Shown in pieces: positions 61,036 to 64,000 of a stretch of 64,000 bases of DNA. The DNA lies in assembly GCF_000143415.4 (NCBI RefSeq), contig NW_003314393.1, positions 253,175 to 317,174 on the forward strand, given 5' to 3'. Origin of the DNA: Selaginella moellendorffii (lineage: Eukaryota > Plantae > Lycopodiophyta). The notes under the pieces are model-generated. The model did no database searches. It was not told the DNA's origin and saw nothing but the letters and a program-made list of their open reading frames with translations. Made by a program: the position numbers and the translations under genes. How positions within the stretch are numbered: the first letter of the stretch is position 1; every line of letters begins with the position of its first letter.

Positions 61036-64000
61036 TGTCGCGCATGTGACTTCGGGTATCGAAAGTTACCTGTCGACTAGTCCTTATGGACACTCTTACC
61101 TTACTGCCACGATGACAGGAGGTCGGTATTGCTGGACCCGTTATCAGTTTCCCACTTGAGCTAGTTGAGAAACTGGTCAATGACCGTGTACTTAGATCGG
61201 ATAAACATAAGGTAGGAACCCTATGTGTTTCTTGTTGAGCATACTCGGCCTGGTTTGAGAAACTCCTGTCATTGGCTTGCACTTGCTAGTATCAAGAACC
61301 CCCGCGATATTGAGATTGGTCCCTCAATACCGCTAGATGATAGCTTACCGTGTCTGCCAAACACCCTCGCTATCATGCCCTTTGTGTTAGTCTCATTTTG
61401 GTCCCAAATGCTATTTATGGAAAGTGTCCAGATTTGCTCATTTGGCATATCTACGGAATGTAGAGATCGGCCTGAACACAATGGTGTTCGTCCCGTGTCC
61501 AAATTCGCAATCTAAGGACATTCCATATTTAGTAAGTTTCGAGCTTGTCCCAGAGACTAACTCCTGATACTAAGGGAGGCTTGGGGTGAAAGCCCAAAGC
61601 GTGTGTTCCTCAAGGGGGGGGGGCTATGGGGGGTTCCAAATGTATAGTAGGGATAGTGGGTAGGTCGGGCATGGCCGACCAACCTGAGGCATAGTCTAGC
61701 TCCCGCTTGCGTGCCTGTCCTTGTTCTGCGTCCGGCTTGGGTCTAAGCCCAAGTTCCATTCCATGCTAGTTGGTGGAGTACCCATGTTCTCGCGTTAGGC
61801 CACCGGTATGCCGAAATAGCGCCAGACTCCGTTTGGCTCCGTTTTGCGTGCTGGTCCTGGCATTGGGATGCTGGTTGCTCTAGGACTGTTCCAAGTCGCT
61901 CCGGGCCCCTGTCCCTTCGCTCCTTGGGCTTTATGCTCGGGAGTTGCTCCGTGGTTCGGTTCCATCACTCCTTGGCTCCATGCTTAGGAGTTTGGCACCG
62001 TTCCTTCGTTCAAAGGCCCAAGGCCCTGAACCTTGGGTTCCTATGGACACGTGGCATGGATACGTGGCAAGTGACACGTGGCATCTGTCACGTGGCACAA
62101 AGAGGGTTTAGGTTCTGCTTCGTGGTGTTATCCTATGGTAAATCACCATAGGATAAAGGGTCAAAACCACGTACGCTACATTTGGTATCAGAGCATGAGT
62201 CTCAGCGAGTACTATTCAATGAGATTGGGCAACTAGTCTCGTTGCATACGCAGAGATGAAAACGATGATCTGAGTGGGTACACGTTTGGTGCTAAGGGTT
62301 CGCAATTGTTCCTTGGGTATGGATTCGGTTACCTTGTTGTACCATATTCTGTGAGCTTGAGCTTGGGCTCATAAGAGGGAATAAGTTGTTCCAATTTGCA
62401 CGAGTTTGTGCTTGGGCTCGTGAGTGAGGCACATTAGCAACTCAAGGTTACACTTTGAGTTGGCAGGATTAATGTTAGCCTATCGGTCGTTCCATGGGTT
62501 GTTCCAATGGTTCTGTGAGTTGTTCCATGTACCATGGGTGAAAGCAAACTTTCCCTGAGTTTGCTATGAGTGGCAAATAGGCTGGTCCGTAGCTGTTTAG
62601 CACGGCACTAGTGGATCCTTCCTAGGCATGGTTACAAGTGGATCAGTCAAGACTGTAGGGATTAGTCGATTGGTTCAAGTAGTCATTGCCGTGCTCTCTC
62701 ATAAACTTTTTCTTGGATTGGACTGAAAGCAGTGCGAACGCAAGCTTGAGGTTTAGTCAAAGATAAGACCGAAAAGAGAGTCATCGGGGACGAAGGATCA
62801 AACACGTAAATCATTTTCTTTTCTTGAAGAAATGATTTGCAATGAGGTGTTGACTCATTGCTTGTATTCACATTATGCAATTAAGAGTCCCTACCTTGAT
62901 GCATGTTGGAGATGATGGTCTTACAAATGGTGAGTTGTGGGATGGATAGCGGTGAAGCGCTATACCATTTTGTCTAGGCTTGCTATTGGAAGACTTGGGT
63001 TGCAATGCTCAATTCTTTTCCGGGGAACCTAGCTATTGCTTCTTAAGTAGCTTGGTGTTGGGTTAAGTTTTGAGTTTGATCGGATAGCGAGTGGCATGAG
63101 CTTGTCTGTGTTGTGAACAAAAGTTAGTGGTGTTGGGTGTTGTAAATCTCTATCGGTAGAGTGTGGCATTTATGTTGCATTCTGTCAAGTTGAGTTGGCA
63201 CTTGATATTCATGTAAACCTTTGAAGTAATGACATTGGCATTGTTCGTGGTGTTGCTCAATTGATGATCAAGTCATTGTGATTTTTATATCATATCCATG
63301 TGATAATGAGCAATGTGTTTGCGAAGTTGCTTGGTTAAATGATGATCAACCCCAAAGTGGTTGATGGTGAAGCTAGTCTACTTGCACGTAGTAGCATGTA
63401 GTAGCTTTGACTAGATTCTCAATAGTGGTCCATTATGCTAAGCTTAAGTTGGTACGTTATTCCTTTGAGAGTTTGCCCATTAGGTGTTGGAAAGGGTTGT
63501 AGCATTTGCTATAGCTCATTAGTTAATCCGTTAGCACTTGGAGTAAATTGTTGGATGGAGAAGGTGTGTAGTTAAGACATTAATATCGCTAGCACTTGTG
63601 TTAGTGGAAGTGGCATTGTTATTTTAAGTGATGAGGAAGTTTCCTTAGAGCTTGATTTTCCATGTCATTTTTCTTGTTAATGTTTTGGCTTTACATTGGA
63701 TCTTGAAGGTGGTTGAAGAAGAGTGTTAGTGCAATTTGAATATCCGAAGATATGGTCTCCGTGATCAAGCTTTAGATGTTCATTTTGCATTCTGCGGACG
63801 TCTATGTTGGATGTTGAAAGAATGGGCAAAGAGATGTTCGAGGCTTAAGCATACTATGGATCATGAGAATTTGTGTTGAGGTGAACCTATGTGAAGTTGT
63901 TAGTAGGAGGAAGTTAGTTGAGTCTTGAAAGTTTGTATTCCTGGACTAAGAGTCATTCTTTCTCTAGGATGGAAATTTTCCACAAATTTTCTTAGACTTT
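61036..64000 (+). mobile_element. LTR element family E: ~1.15 kb LTR (61036-62180), tRNA-iMet PBS, non-coding or decayed interior running off the window
   Basis: TGTCGCGCATGTGA...GTACGCTACA followed by TTTGGTATCAGAGC. No recognisable ORF in the interior. Confidence 0.7.

Overview
This is eukaryotic, transposon-saturated land-plant DNA. The 45-55 nt GT-AG introns, a CYP88-like P450 and Ty3/gypsy elements suggest a lycophyte such as Selaginella, but that is inference. No intact host gene is visible. The window is a deep nest of insertions. A CYP88/KAO-like pseudogene is cut at 17227 by an old MULE copy. That copy is split by a ~28 kb Sola-like DNA transposon (17368-45494; perfect 24-bp TIRs, TGTT TSD), which carries a younger copy of the same MULE family and a very young Ty3 chromovirus (34085-41614). 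Further right are more nested LTR elements: another chromovirus copy, a self-nested Tat-like family, a TRIM and a related large LTR. Three observations stand out. (1) The Sola and MULE elements each carry, divergent from their transposase, an intron-containing cargo gene encoding a ParB/Srx-like domain plus a beta-class N4/N6 DNA-methyltransferase-like fold; the Sola gene adds an FCP1/NIF-like phosphatase. (2) The Sola element alone is studded with >20 full or partial copies of a 22-bp palindrome, ATGGCRTG-N6-CAYGCCAT, including copies inside its introns. This suggests a TE-encoded ParB/parS-like, self-targeting chromatin or anti-silencing system. (3) Two different Ty3 families appear to have short spliceosomal introns inside the integrase. 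All family assignments are by motif recognition only; no searches were run.
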